From NCBI GenBank assembly GCA_963734495.1, contig CAVTHK010000013.1, positions 288,001 to 352,000 on the forward strand: a DNA stretch of 64,000 nt, in the 5' to 3' direction. Source of the DNA: an uncultured Spirochaetota bacterium. GTDB taxonomy: Bacteria; Spirochaetota; Spirochaetia; SZUA-6; CAVTHK01. Of the stretch, positions 9,087 through 18,447 are shown piece by piece. The notes beneath the pieces were generated by a model, which saw nothing but the letters and a program-made list of their open reading frames with translations, did no database searches and was not told where the DNA came from. The first letter of the stretch is position 1; each line of letters begins with the position of its first letter. A program made the translations under genes and the position numbers.

Positions 9087-10901
9087 TTACCCCCTGGTCG
9101 CGGGCGACCCGGTCCGCAGCCCGGACGAGCGGGGCTCGGGGGCCAGCCCCTCGTACCGCGAAAAGATGCGGCGGTAGTCCGGCGAGCGCTCGAGCAGCTC
9201 CTCGTGCGTTCCCGCCGCCGCGAGATCGCCGTTGGCGAGCACGAGGATCTTGTCCGCCCACCTGATCTGGCTCAGCCGGTGCGTGATGACAAAGGTCGTG
9301 CGCTCGCGGCTGATCTCGCGCATGGCGCGCTGGATCTGGTCCTCGGTCGCGCTGTCGATCGCGCTCGTGCTGTCGTCGAGGATGAGGATCCGCGGGTCCG
9401 TCAGGAAGGCCCGCGCGATGGCGATGCGCTGCTTCTGGCCGCCGGAGAGCGTGACGCCGCGGTCGCCGACCAGCGTCTCGTAGCCCTCGCGGAAGCCCGT
9501 GATGAACTCGTGCGCCTGCGCCTGGCGCGCGGCCCGCTCGATGGCCTCGCGATTCGCCTCGGTATGCCCGAACGCGATGTTCTCGCGGATCGTCTGCGAG
9601 AACAGGAACACGTCCTGTTCGATGGCCGATATCTGGGAGCGCAGCGCCTCCAGGTTCCAGTCCCTGACGTCGACGCCGTCGACGAGCACGCGGCCTGAGC
9701 CGACGTCGAAGATCCGGTTGACCAGCCGCGTCATCGTCGTCTTGCCGCTGCCGGTCCGGCCCACGATGGCCACGGTCTCCCCGGGCTGCACGGCAAAGGT
9801 GATCCCTCGCAGCACGGTCTTCCCGTCGTAGGCGAAGCCGACGTCCTCGAAGCGCACCTCGCCGCGCATGGGCGCGGAGTAGCCCCCGCGGTTCTCGTCG
9901 AGGTGCGTCTCGGTGTTGATCGTCTCGAGGACCCGCGCGGCGCCGGCCATCCCCATCTGGACGAGCTGGAAGGAGAACAGCGAGATGAAGGTCGTGAAAC
10001 GCAGGGTGCCGAAGAGGCCCATGAAGGCGACGACGCGGCCGAGGGTCAGGTCGCCGGCGCGCCAGAGCCAAAGGGCGTGAAAGAGAGCCGCGCCCCAGCA
10101 GACCGCGAACGCGAGCATGGGGTAGTAGCGCGCCTCGATGAAACCCTGGCGGACGAAGTGATCGCGGAACGCGCGGGCGTTTCCCACGAACTTGTCGAAC
10201 TCGTAGCGCTCCCGCACGCTCCCCTTGACCACCTCGATGCCGGAGACGGTCTCCTCGAGCCCCGCGCTGAGGTCGCCGTAGGTCGCGCGCTGGGCGAAGG
10301 TCACGGGCTTCAGCCTGCGGTTGTAGTCCCACACGGTGACGATCAGCGCCAGCGTAAAGATGACCGGCACCAGGAGCAGGCGCGGATCGATAAAGCCGAT
10401 CATCGCGACGGGAACCACCAGCGCCAGCGCGCTGTCGCTGATGAGCATGAGCCCGGGGCTGACCATCGCGTTCAACGAACGGACGTCGCCGGTGGCGCGC
10501 GCCATGATGTCGCCCACCCGCTGGCGGCCGTGGAACGTCTGGCTCTTCCCGAGGAGGCTCGCGTACAGCTCCTCGCGCGCGTTGGCCTCGATCCTCTGCG
10601 CGAGGATCTCGACCGCGAAGTTGCGCACCAGCCCCGTCAGGCCCTGCAGGCCGGCCGCCCCCGCCAGCGCGAACGCCACCGCTATCAGCGCGGCCGGAAC
10701 CCATCCGGCCGCGGCCACGATGTCGAAAGCTTTCCCTACATTGACCTGGATCCGGCCGTACGCCCAGTTGTTGACCACGGAAGCGGCCAGAACGAGAAGC
10801 GGCAGCGCGGGATAGCGCATCAGGTGCGAGACGACCCATGCCACGGGGCTCGATCGACGGTAGCGGTAGGCGTCGTCGACCCTGAACTCAGCAGACTTCA
10901 T
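9087..10901 (-). CDS. ABC exporter TMD+NBD half transporter (partner of an asymmetric heterodimer)
   Basis: GRTGSGKT, LSGGQ, degenerate Walker B ILILDD. Confidence 0.93.
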   Translation of the reverse strand: MKSAEFRVDDAYRYRRSSPVAWVVSHLMRYPALPLLVLAASVVNNWAYGRIQVNVGKAFDIVAAAGWVPAALIAVAFALAGAAGLQGLTGLVRNFAVEILAQRIEANAREELYASLLGKSQTFHGRQRVGDIMARATGDVRSLNAMVSPGLMLISDSALALVVPVAMIGFIDPRLLLVPVIFTLALIVTVWDYNRRLKPVTFAQRATYGDLSAGLEETVSGIEVVKGSVRERYEFDKFVGNARAFRDHFVRQGFIEARYYPMLAFAVCWGAALFHALWLWRAGDLTLGRVVAFMGLFGTLRFTTFISLFSFQLVQMGMAGAARVLETINTETHLDENRGGYSAPMRGEVRFEDVGFAYDGKTVLRGITFAVQPGETVAIVGRTGSGKTTMTRLVNRIFDVGSGRVLVDGVDVRDWNLEALRSQISAIEQDVFLFSQTIRENIAFGHTEANREAIERAARQAQAHEFITGFREGYETLVGDRGVTLSGGQKQRIAIARAFLTDPRILILDDSTSAIDSATEDQIQRAMREISRERTTFVITHRLSQIRWADKILVLANGDLAAAGTHEELLERSPDYRRIFSRYEGLAPEPRSSGLRTGSPATRG

Positions 10902-10981
10902 GCGACCACCGTCCGGTGAACATACTCAACGGGTCTACGGGTGGCAAACCGGACGTTCGGGGAGGAGCGCCGCGCGCCGCG

Positions 10982-12976
10982 TCAGCTGCTGCGGCTCCTG
11001 ACCGCGGCCGCGATGATCTCGCTGAAGCGGCGGAGATCGAGCGGTTTCTCGAGCGCGGCAAAGGATCCTTCGCGCTCCAGGTCGCGGAAGCTGTCGTCCG
11101 CAGTGAAGCCGCTGACGCACACGACCTTGGCCTGCGGGTCGATCTCCCGCAGCGCCGCGAGGCATTTGCGGCCGCCCATCCTCGGCATCACCATGTCGAG
11201 AACGACGGCGACGATCTCCGGGTGACGCTCTCGGAACGCCTCGATGGCCTCGAGCCCGTTGGCGGCGGTCACCGTGCGGTAGCCGCACCGGCCGAGGAAG
11301 CGCGTGATCATGGAGAGGACCTGGGGCTCGTCGTCGACGACCAGGACCGTGCCGGAGCCGCGCACGAAGCCGTCCGGCTGCTCGCCGGCCTCTTCCGCGG
11401 CCGCCTGCTCCAGCGCGGGAAAATACAGCTCGAACGTGGCGCCCTGCCCGGGCGCGCTGGTGACCTCGAGGAACCCGTCGTGGTGGCGCACGATCCCGTA
11501 CACGAGCGCGAGCCCGAGGCCCGTGCCGCCCGAGTTCTCCTTTGTCGTGAAGAACGGCTCGAAGATCCGGTCGCGGACCTCGTTCGTCATGCCGATCCCG
11601 TTGTCGGCGACGCGCAGGCAGACGTAGTGGCCGGCCTGGGCGTTGACGAAGCGCGACGCCTCGGCGCGCGACAAGGTCACCCGCCGCGTCGCGATGGCGA
11701 TCACGCCGCCCTCTTCGCCGCGCGCCAGGATGGCGTCACGCGCGTTCAGGCACAGGTTGACGAGCAGCTGGCTCACCTGTGACGCGTCCGCCGCGATGGA
11801 CCAGAGGTCCTCCTGCAGGTCCTGGCGGATGATGATCTCGCGCGGGAAGGTCCTGAGGAGCATCCGTTCCGTCTCGTGCACGACGCCGTTCAGGTTCAGC
11901 GGCACGCGCCGGGCGCTCACCTGCCTGCTGAAAAAGCGGAGCTGATCCGTCAGGTCCTTGGCCCGATCGGTCGCCGCCTTGATCTGGCGGAAGTCCTCGT
12001 AGTGCTCGCTGTCTTCGGGCACGTCGAGCAGCAGCAGCTGCGCGTAGCCGCCGATCGCGGCGAGAAGGTTGTTGAAGTCGTGGACGATCCCGCCCGCGAG
12101 CTGCCCGAGCGCATCCATCTTCTGGGCCTGGCGGATCTGGGTCTCCATCCGCTTGCGCTCGGTGACGTCCGCGAACGAGGCCATCAGGCCGACCGGCCTT
12201 CCCCTGTCGTCGAGGATCAGGGACGAGACCGCCTCCGCGTCGAACTCGTCGCCGCTCCTGCGGCGGACCACCAGCTCGCCCTGAAAGAGCCGCGCGGCGG
12301 GGTCCCTCAGGTCGAGGTTGCGGTACTGCCCCACGAGATCGCCGATGACCGTGCCGACCACCTCGCCGGCGCGGGTGAATCCCCAGAGCGCCACGAATGC
12401 AGGGTTGGCGTACGTGACCCTCCCGTCCATGTCCGTGAGCAGGATCCCGTGGAGGGAGGTGTCGATGGCATGGTTCTTGATCAGGAGCTCACGGCTCTGC
12501 TGCGTGAGCGCGGCCGAGAGGGCGCGGCGGATCTCCTCCTGGTTCTGCAGCGTGCGCTCGAGGAGCTCGTCGACGTAGCCGGCGAACGCCTCGTGGAAAT
12601 AGCCGTCGACCACGTCGAGGATGCGCGAGGCAGCCACCCCGGCGGCTTCGAGCACCAGCGCCCGCAGCGCGGCGCCCGTCGCCTGCAGCGGGCGCACGCC
12701 GACGCCTTCGCGTGCCAGCGCCCGGCCGCTCTCTCTGGCCGCGGCGGCGTCGAAGTCCGTCAGGTACTTCAGCAGCGCCGTGACCGCCGCGTCCGCGATC
12801 GGCTCGAAGCGGCGCGGATGCAGCTGGTAGCGGTTCTCGAAGGCCAGCTCGCGCAGCAGGCGCGTCACGGATTCGCGCAGGCGCGGCTCGAGGCTCGGCC
12901 GCGCGGCGGCGAGCCGCCGCAGCTGCAGCCACTCTTCGTCGGTAAGCCCGCCGGAAAGGTGCGGAGTTTCGCTCGT
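10982..12976 (-). CDS. Hybrid sensor histidine kinase: helical N-domain, PAS, HisKA, HATPase, REC; apparent ACG start
   Basis: YANPAF (PAS), AGGIVHDFNN, NARDA, GTGLGL, VLDMVMP; AGGAG at 12989-12985 lies 8 nt before in-frame ACG at 12976. Confidence 0.85.
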   Translation of the reverse strand, partial: TSETPHLSGGLTDEEWLQLRRLAAARPSLEPRLRESVTRLLRELAFENRYQLHPRRFEPIADAAVTALLKYLTDFDAAAARESGRALAREGVGVRPLQATGAALRALVLEAAGVAASRILDVVDGYFHEAFAGYVDELLERTLQNQEEIRRALSAALTQQSRELLIKNHAIDTSLHGILLTDMDGRVTYANPAFVALWGFTRAGEVVGTVIGDLVGQYRNLDLRDPAARLFQGELVVRRRSGDEFDAEAVSSLILDDRGRPVGLMASFADVTERKRMETQIRQAQKMDALGQLAGGIVHDFNNLLAAIGGYAQLLLLDVPEDSEHYEDFRQIKAATDRAKDLTDQLRFFSRQVSARRVPLNLNGVVHETERMLLRTFPREIIIRQDLQEDLWSIAADASQVSQLLVNLCLNARDAILARGEEGGVIAIATRRVTLSRAEASRFVNAQAGHYVCLRVADNGIGMTNEVRDRIFEPFFTTKENSGGTGLGLALVYGIVRHHDGFLEVTSAPGQGATFELYFPALEQAAAEEAGEQPDGFVRGSGTVLVVDDEPQVLSMITRFLGRCGYRTVTAANGLEAIEAFRERHPEIVAVVLDMVMPRMGGRKCLAALREIDPQAKVVCVSGFTADDSFRDLEREGSFAALEKPLDLRRFSEIIAAAVRSRSS

Positions 12977-12987
12977 AGCTGCCGCTC

Positions 12988-13788
12988 CTACTTCCGCAGG
13001 ATCACGCCGTAGAAACCGCGCCCGCCCCACTCCCGCGTCTGAAGCGCCTGAACCCGGGGGTCCATCCCGAGCCACGTCTCCAGGGGCAGCACGCCCGGGG
13101 CGACTGTCTTCCACGGAGCTGCCAGACGGAGCAGCGTCTCGCTCGTGCGGATGGTGATCGGCTGCCCGATCTTCTCGTAGATGGCGAACAGCGGTTTGAG
13201 CTTTTCGTTGGGCGTTGCGGCGTCTGCGTCGCTGAGAAAGAGCACCGACCCGGGTGCGACCCAGTCGTAGAGGACGCGGAGGGCGTGGCCGAGTTGCTCG
13301 TCGGAGAGGAAATAGGCGATGCCGTTGAGCCCCACGGCCAGGCGGCGCTCGTTGCCGAACAGCTCCGCCGCCGCGTCGGACTTCAGGATGACCTCGGGGG
13401 TCGCGGCGTCGCACTGAACGTAGCGGGCGTTCGGGTTGCCGCTGAGGATCGCCCTGGCGTACTCGACCGTCACCGGATCGATGTCGGAATAGAGCACCCG
13501 GGTGCCCGGGGGCGTCACTTCGTGGATATGGTCCAGCGTCGGCAGGCCCGAGGCAAAATCGAGGAACCGGGTGTGGCCTTCGGCCGCGAGCCTCCGGGTC
13601 GCCTCGCCGAGGAACCACCGGATGAGCTTGAGCACCTGCGGGAGGAACGGTGCCACCTGCACGATCTGCGTGGTCGCCTGGCGATCGATCTCGAAGTTGT
13701 GCGTGCCGCCGAGCAGGTAATCGTAGATCCGACCCGCGTTCGGACGACTGGAGTCGGCGATCGTCGTGAGATCGACGTTTTTTCCCAC
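12988..13788 (-). CDS. SAM-dependent methyltransferase, Methyltransf_19 (actinobacterial-type) family
   Basis: PNAGRIYDYLLGGTHNFEIDR, FLDFASGLPT..HIHE, YSDIDPV, C-terminal YGVILRK. Confidence 0.88.
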   Translation of the reverse strand: MGKNVDLTTIADSSRPNAGRIYDYLLGGTHNFEIDRQATTQIVQVAPFLPQVLKLIRWFLGEATRRLAAEGHTRFLDFASGLPTLDHIHEVTPPGTRVLYSDIDPVTVEYARAILSGNPNARYVQCDAATPEVILKSDAAAELFGNERRLAVGLNGIAYFLSDEQLGHALRVLYDWVAPGSVLFLSDADAATPNEKLKPLFAIYEKIGQPITIRTSETLLRLAAPWKTVAPGVLPLETWLGMDPRVQALQTREWGGRGFYGVILRK

Positions 13789-14032
13789 GGAAGCCCTCCC
13801 CGCACACGAATGCCCGCGTTTTTCTGCGCGGGCAGGGTGATGGGCATTATATTCCCTCGGAGCGCTGTAAACAACGGGAGGACGCGACGCCTCGCGACAG
13901 CGCGACGCAGCGCCCGGACCCTGTTGCGGCCCGCGCGCGGCAGCCTGGGCGAACGTTGTAGACCGGCGCTTATGTCCCGCGGGTACCCGGCGGGTACCCG
14001 GCGATCACGCCGGGCCAAAGCGCGCCGGACCA

Positions 14033-14055
14033 GCCCGTGGCCTGCGGCCACGGGC
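14033..14055. repeat. Perfect 10-bp stem-loop GCCCGTGGCC-TGC-GGCCACGGGC
   Basis: Inverted repeat read directly. Confidence 0.7.
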
Positions 14056-14180
14056 AAGGGCGCCTGGCTGTGCCGGTCAACCCAACCCCGGTTCGCGGGC
14101 TCGGGTTCGCGGGCTCGGGTTGACCAAGAGTCGGGGTTCGACTACGGTAGGCACCTATACTGCAGCAATCAGAGGTCGAC

Positions 14181-14435
14181 ATGTCGAAAGCGCATCGAGG
14201 AAAGGGCATACTCGACAAGCCCAAGCGCGGCCGCGGCGCGTGTCCGGTCAGCAAGCAGACTGGCGTCAAGCTCCTCTACCAGGTAGAGCTCGACGGGAAA
14301 CAGGTGATGGTTTCCAAAGTGGGCAAGGCGATACTGGCCAAGGCGAAAAAGAGCGCCGCCGCCGCCCCCGCCGCCCCCAAGGAAGAAAAGCCCGCCGAAG
14401 CACAGGCAAGCACAGCAGGCGCCAGCGCGACGTAG
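14181..14435 (+). CDS. Small basic protein (ribosomal-protein-like, degenerate zinc ribbon)
   Basis: MSKAHRGKGILDKPKRGRGACPVSKQTGVKLLY..; GAGGT RBS; TTGACC-17-TACGGT promoter candidate at 14120. Confidence 0.8.
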   Translation: MSKAHRGKGILDKPKRGRGACPVSKQTGVKLLYQVELDGKQVMVSKVGKAILAKAKKSAAAAPAAPKEEKPAEAQASTAGASAT

Positions 14436-14474
14436 GTCCTGAGGCGAGCCCGTCGAGCCGTCGCAACCGCGGCA

Positions 14475-15911
14475 TCAGGCGTCTTCGCCGAGACGCGGAA
14501 ACAGGCCCCTCAGCGCGAGGTACGCTTCGCGGTACAGGCCGTAGAGGTCGTCATAGACCCCTCGCGATGCTCGATCGGGATCGAAGCGGCGCTCGATGCG
14601 CACGCACGCCCGCGCCGCTTCGACCGGGTCGCTGTGCACGCCGAGGGCGGCCAGTCCCACGCACGCGTCGCCCATGAGCTCCGACTCCGGGACCTCCGGG
14701 ACCAGCAGCGACCGGCCGGTGATGTCGGCCTTGATCTGGTTCAGCGTGCCCGCCCGCGCTTGCGTGCCGGCGACGCGCATCTCGCCCACGTCGAGCGCGT
14801 GCTCCTCCATGACCTCCAGCACATCCCTGATCGCGAAGCCGATCGATTCGAGCACGGAGCGCGCCAGGTCGCCCCAGCCGTGGGCGAGCGTCAGACCGAC
14901 AAAGGCCCCCTTGGCGAGCGGGTCCCAGTGCGGCGTGCGCTCGCCCGCGAGGTACGGCAGGAAGAGCAGGCGACGTGCGCCCGCCGGCGCCCCGGCTGCC
15001 GCGGCGAATAGCTCTTCGTAGCCTCCGGCAGCGCGGCCGGAAGCGCCGCGCAGCCAGTCGATCGCCTTTCCGCTCGTGGAGATGAGTCCCGACACGTTCG
15101 TGCGGCGGGGCACGATATGCGGCAGGCAGAGCAGCCGCGGGTCCGCCACCGCTGCCGTCGAGCAGCGGTTGACGCCTTCCGAGCTGCCCGCCCTGTCGTT
15201 CGTGCTCCCGACGTCGACCGTCGCGGTGCCGAGCAGGGATACGATAAAGTCCGGCCCGCCGGCGACCACGGGCAGTCCCGCCGGCAGGTCCAGCTCGGCC
15301 GCCGCTGCCGGCCGCAGGCGGCCGACGCGCTGCCCCGTCGTGATCGACGGCGGCAGCAGCTGCGGGTCTATCCCCAGGGCCTGCGCCGCCTGCGTGGTCC
15401 AGTAGTAGCGCTCGTACTCAGGTGTGGGCAGAATCGCGCACCGCTCGCCTGTGAGCCAGGCAGCCACGAACTCGGGGCACCCCAAGAAGCTCGCGACGCG
15501 GCCCATGACCTCGGGCTTGTGCGCGTTGAACCACAGCACCTTGGACAGGAAGAAGGAAGTGTCCACGCCGGCAACCGTTTCCGCGCCGCCGGCTGCGGCG
15601 CGCGCCTCCTCCCGCCCGCGGCTGTCCATCCACAGCAGGGCGCGGTGAAGCGGCTCGCCCTCGGCATCGACGGGGACAACGGTGGGGCCGTTTCCGCTCA
15701 CCACGATCGCGGAGGCTCGGCTGCGCGGCCCGCTCCCGAGCCTCGCGACCGCGTCCCGCAGCGCGCGCAGCCAGACGCGCGCGTCCACCTCGTAGCCGCC
15801 GGCGACGCGCGAGAGAGGAGTCTCCGCCTGCGCGATCCCCGTCAGGGAGGCGCGCTCGTCGAAGAGCCCCGCTTTGAGCGTCGACGTGCCCACGTCCAAG
15901 GCAAGCACCAA
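14475..15911 (-). CDS. FGGY-family carbohydrate kinase
   Basis: LDVGTSTLKA, WMDSR, FLPYLAGERTPHWD. Confidence 0.88.
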   Translation of the reverse strand: MVLALDVGTSTLKAGLFDERASLTGIAQAETPLSRVAGGYEVDARVWLRALRDAVARLGSGPRSRASAIVVSGNGPTVVPVDAEGEPLHRALLWMDSRGREEARAAAGGAETVAGVDTSFFLSKVLWFNAHKPEVMGRVASFLGCPEFVAAWLTGERCAILPTPEYERYYWTTQAAQALGIDPQLLPPSITTGQRVGRLRPAAAAELDLPAGLPVVAGGPDFIVSLLGTATVDVGSTNDRAGSSEGVNRCSTAAVADPRLLCLPHIVPRRTNVSGLISTSGKAIDWLRGASGRAAGGYEELFAAAAGAPAGARRLLFLPYLAGERTPHWDPLAKGAFVGLTLAHGWGDLARSVLESIGFAIRDVLEVMEEHALDVGEMRVAGTQARAGTLNQIKADITGRSLLVPEVPESELMGDACVGLAALGVHSDPVEAARACVRIERRFDPDRASRGVYDDLYGLYREAYLALRGLFPRLGEDA

Positions 15912-16053
15912 TCAGGCAACCCTCGCGGGACGAACGTAGTCGGCTCGCGCCCCCGAGTCAACTTGGCGCCGGCCGGCGCCGGCCGGCGCTCCATGGCAGC
16001 CATATGGTGCGGACGCGGCCGTTGAGTTATGCTCAGCGTCAGGGAGGGGAGCC

Positions 16054-17088
16054 GTGCCTGAGCGCCCGTTCGGTGACGTCTACCAGGGATTTCTCGGCGA
16101 TCCGAGCCTGGTCCTGCTCGTGCTCTTCGGCATTCTCGCTCTGGTCGTCGGCGCGCTGGTGGTCGCCGTCGTCCAGAACCGCCGCATGCGCCAGGCCCTC
16201 GAGCTGCAGTCCTCGCAGGCAAAGGAGCGCGCTCTGGCAAAGCTCAAGCTCTCGGACGAAGAGCGCGCCCTCCTCGACAGGCTCGTGCGGATGGTCAACG
16301 ACCCCCCCGTCCGCGGGCACCTCGTGCTCACCAACCCGAACACTTTTAACCACTGCGCCGCGCGGTTGATCGCGGCGCGCGGAGCGGGCGAAGGCGAGCT
16401 GGCGGCGCTGAGGGTTCGCCTGGGGATCGCCCGCGGCAGCACGGAAAAGACGGTCACCTCGACCGCGATCCTCCCGGCCGGGCTGCGGCTGCTGGTCTCT
16501 CAGCGGGAGACCAAGAAGTTCTATGCGATCGTGCGCGAGTCCGCGCCCGGCGGCCTGATCGTGAGCATCGAGGACGCGGACGTGATCGCGCCCGGCCCCG
16601 GGACCGAGCTGCGCTGCTTTTTCAACGTCAAGAGCGGGACCTTTCAGTTCACCACGATCGTGAGGGGGGTCGACGGCCAGACGCTGCGGATCGCGCATTC
16701 GGAGAAGATCCTTCGCACTCAGCGCCGCAAGTACTACCGGGCGCGGACCAGCCTGCCGGCCCGGGTCGGCGTTGCCGGGTCCCAGGAGCAGCCGGTGGTG
16801 ACGCGGCTGGTCGACCTGAGCGGAGGCGGGGCGAGCCTCGAGAACTCCGGCATGCGCTTCAATTCGGGCGACGATGTGCAGATCCGGTTCGCGACGTTCG
16901 ACGGCATCGAGTTCCAGCTCGTCGCTGAAGTCAGGCGCCTCTCTCACGGAGGCCGAGTACTGCACGTGCTCTTCGGCCCGATGAGCGACACGGCGAGGGA
17001 CCGCCTGATCGCCTTCGTGCTGAGCCTCCGCAAGCGGGGCCTGGCGCCGCATTTCCTCCCTGCGGATCCCGGCCCCGGACGGGCCTGA
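16054..17088 (+). CDS. Membrane-anchored YcgR-like/PilZ c-di-GMP receptor
   Basis: N-terminal TM; QRRKYYR (RxxxR) and DLSGGG (DxSxxG) PilZ motifs; AGGGAGG RBS. Confidence 0.85.
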   Translation: MPERPFGDVYQGFLGDPSLVLLVLFGILALVVGALVVAVVQNRRMRQALELQSSQAKERALAKLKLSDEERALLDRLVRMVNDPPVRGHLVLTNPNTFNHCAARLIAARGAGEGELAALRVRLGIARGSTEKTVTSTAILPAGLRLLVSQRETKKFYAIVRESAPGGLIVSIEDADVIAPGPGTELRCFFNVKSGTFQFTTIVRGVDGQTLRIAHSEKILRTQRRKYYRARTSLPARVGVAGSQEQPVVTRLVDLSGGGASLENSGMRFNSGDDVQIRFATFDGIEFQLVAEVRRLSHGGRVLHVLFGPMSDTARDRLIAFVLSLRKRGLAPHFLPADPGPGRA

Positions 17089-17204
17089 CGCGGATCGCGG
17101 CCGAGCGGACGGGCGGCTGCGCCTGAGGCCGGCGGCCACGCCGCGGCCGCCGCCTTGACAAATCGTGCATGCATTTGCGATAAACAATCACCGGCAGAGG
17201 CCGG

Positions 17205-17315
17205 GCCTTCGGGGCAAGGTGCGATTCCTGACCGGCGGTAAAGCCCGCGAGCCGTCCAAAGCGGCTGATCCGGTGCGACTCCGGAGCCGACAGTACAGTC
17301 TGGATGGAAGAAGGC
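17205..17315 (+). ncRNA. FMN riboswitch (RFN element)
   Basis: GCCTTCGGGGCAAGGTGCGATTCCTGACCGGCGGTAAAGCCCGCGA..GATCCGGTGCGACTCCGGAGCCGACAGTACAGTCTGGATGGAAGAAGGC fits the RFN consensus; TTGACA at 17155. Confidence 0.95.
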
Positions 17316-17330
17316 GTTCGACTGTCTCAC

Positions 17331-17354
17331 CGCGCGTGACCCGCGCGCCTTTTT
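17331..17354 (+). terminator. Candidate intrinsic terminator of the riboswitch expression platform
   Basis: CGCGCG-TGACC-CGCGCG followed by CCTTTTT. Confidence 0.55.
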
Positions 17355-17393
17355 CCTCACCCCCGGAGGACGAGAGTCTGCAAGGGGTGTGGT

Positions 17394-18447
17394 ATGAAAC
17401 ACGCAGTTGTCTCGCGCATCGCGCCGAGGCTCGCGGCGGGGCTCGCCCTCATCGTCGCGGCGTCGCTGTCGGGATGCGCACGCTCGACCGCGGGCAGCGC
17501 CCAGGGGGCGGTCCGCATCGGCGTTTTCGTCCCGGGCTTCGTGCAGGGGAGCCCCACGTACGAGATGCTCGTGGCGGGCACCAGGAAGGCCGCGGCCGAG
17601 CGCCCCGACACGGCCGTGGACGTGGTCGAGGCCGGCTTCAACCAGGCGGAGTGGCAGGACAAGCTCACCGCCCTCGTGGCCACCGGCAAGTACAACCTGA
17701 TCGCGACCACGAACTCGGCGATGCCCGCGATCTGCGCCGAGGTCGCCAAGCGCTTCCCGAAGCAGAAGTTCGTCGTCATCGACGGCCGCCTGGTTCACCC
17801 GCAGATGTACACGGTGATCTTCAACCAGGTCGAGCAGGGATACCTGGTGGGCTACATGGCCGGCCTGGTCACCGACGAGCGACATGCCCGGCGCCAACCC
17901 TCAGAAGAAGGTCGGGATGATCGTGGCCCAGCAGTATCCCGCCATGGACCGGGCGATCCGGCCGGGGTTCGAGAAGGGCCTCAAGGACGTCGACCCCGCC
18001 ATCACCCTCGACTTCCGGGTGATCGGCAACTGGTACGACGCCGCCAAGGCGGGCGAGCTCGCCGACAGCATGTTCGACGCCGGCGTCGACGTCGTGCTCA
18101 CGATCGCCGGCGGCGCCAACCAGGGCGTGGTCAAGGCCGCCAGGGAGCGCGGCCGCTACGTGCTGTGGTTCGACTCCAACGGCTACGCCGTGGCTCCCGG
18201 GACCGTCGTCGGCTCGAGCGTGGTGGCCCACGACGAGGCCACTTACCGCGCGGTCAAGGCCTTTCTCGCGGGCAAGCTGGAGCTCGGCAAAGCCGTCACG
18301 CTGGGAGCCGCCGACGGCTTCGTGACCTTCGTGCAGGACGACCCGCTCTACACGCAGAACGTCCCGCAGGCCCTGCGCGAGCGCATGAAAGCTCAGGCCG
18401 AGAGGGTGCGCCGCAACGAGCTGGGGCTCGCGATGCCGGAGCTCTGA
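17394..18447 (+). CDS. rfuA: BMP-family riboflavin-binding lipoprotein (RfuA-like), frameshift near 17875
   Basis: Lipobox LSGC; GVFVPG..SPTYEML; second frame GNWYDAAKA..IAGGANQG; directly downstream of the FMN riboswitch. Confidence 0.82.

Noticed and set aside
6130-10839. 1569-aa ORF and other long Arg/Gly/Pro-rich ORFs
   Set aside because: Off-frame shadows of motif-bearing genes, expected at this GC content
10982-13807. 941-aa kinase with a long N-terminal extension
   Set aside because: The extension is the off-frame reading of the methyltransferase gene
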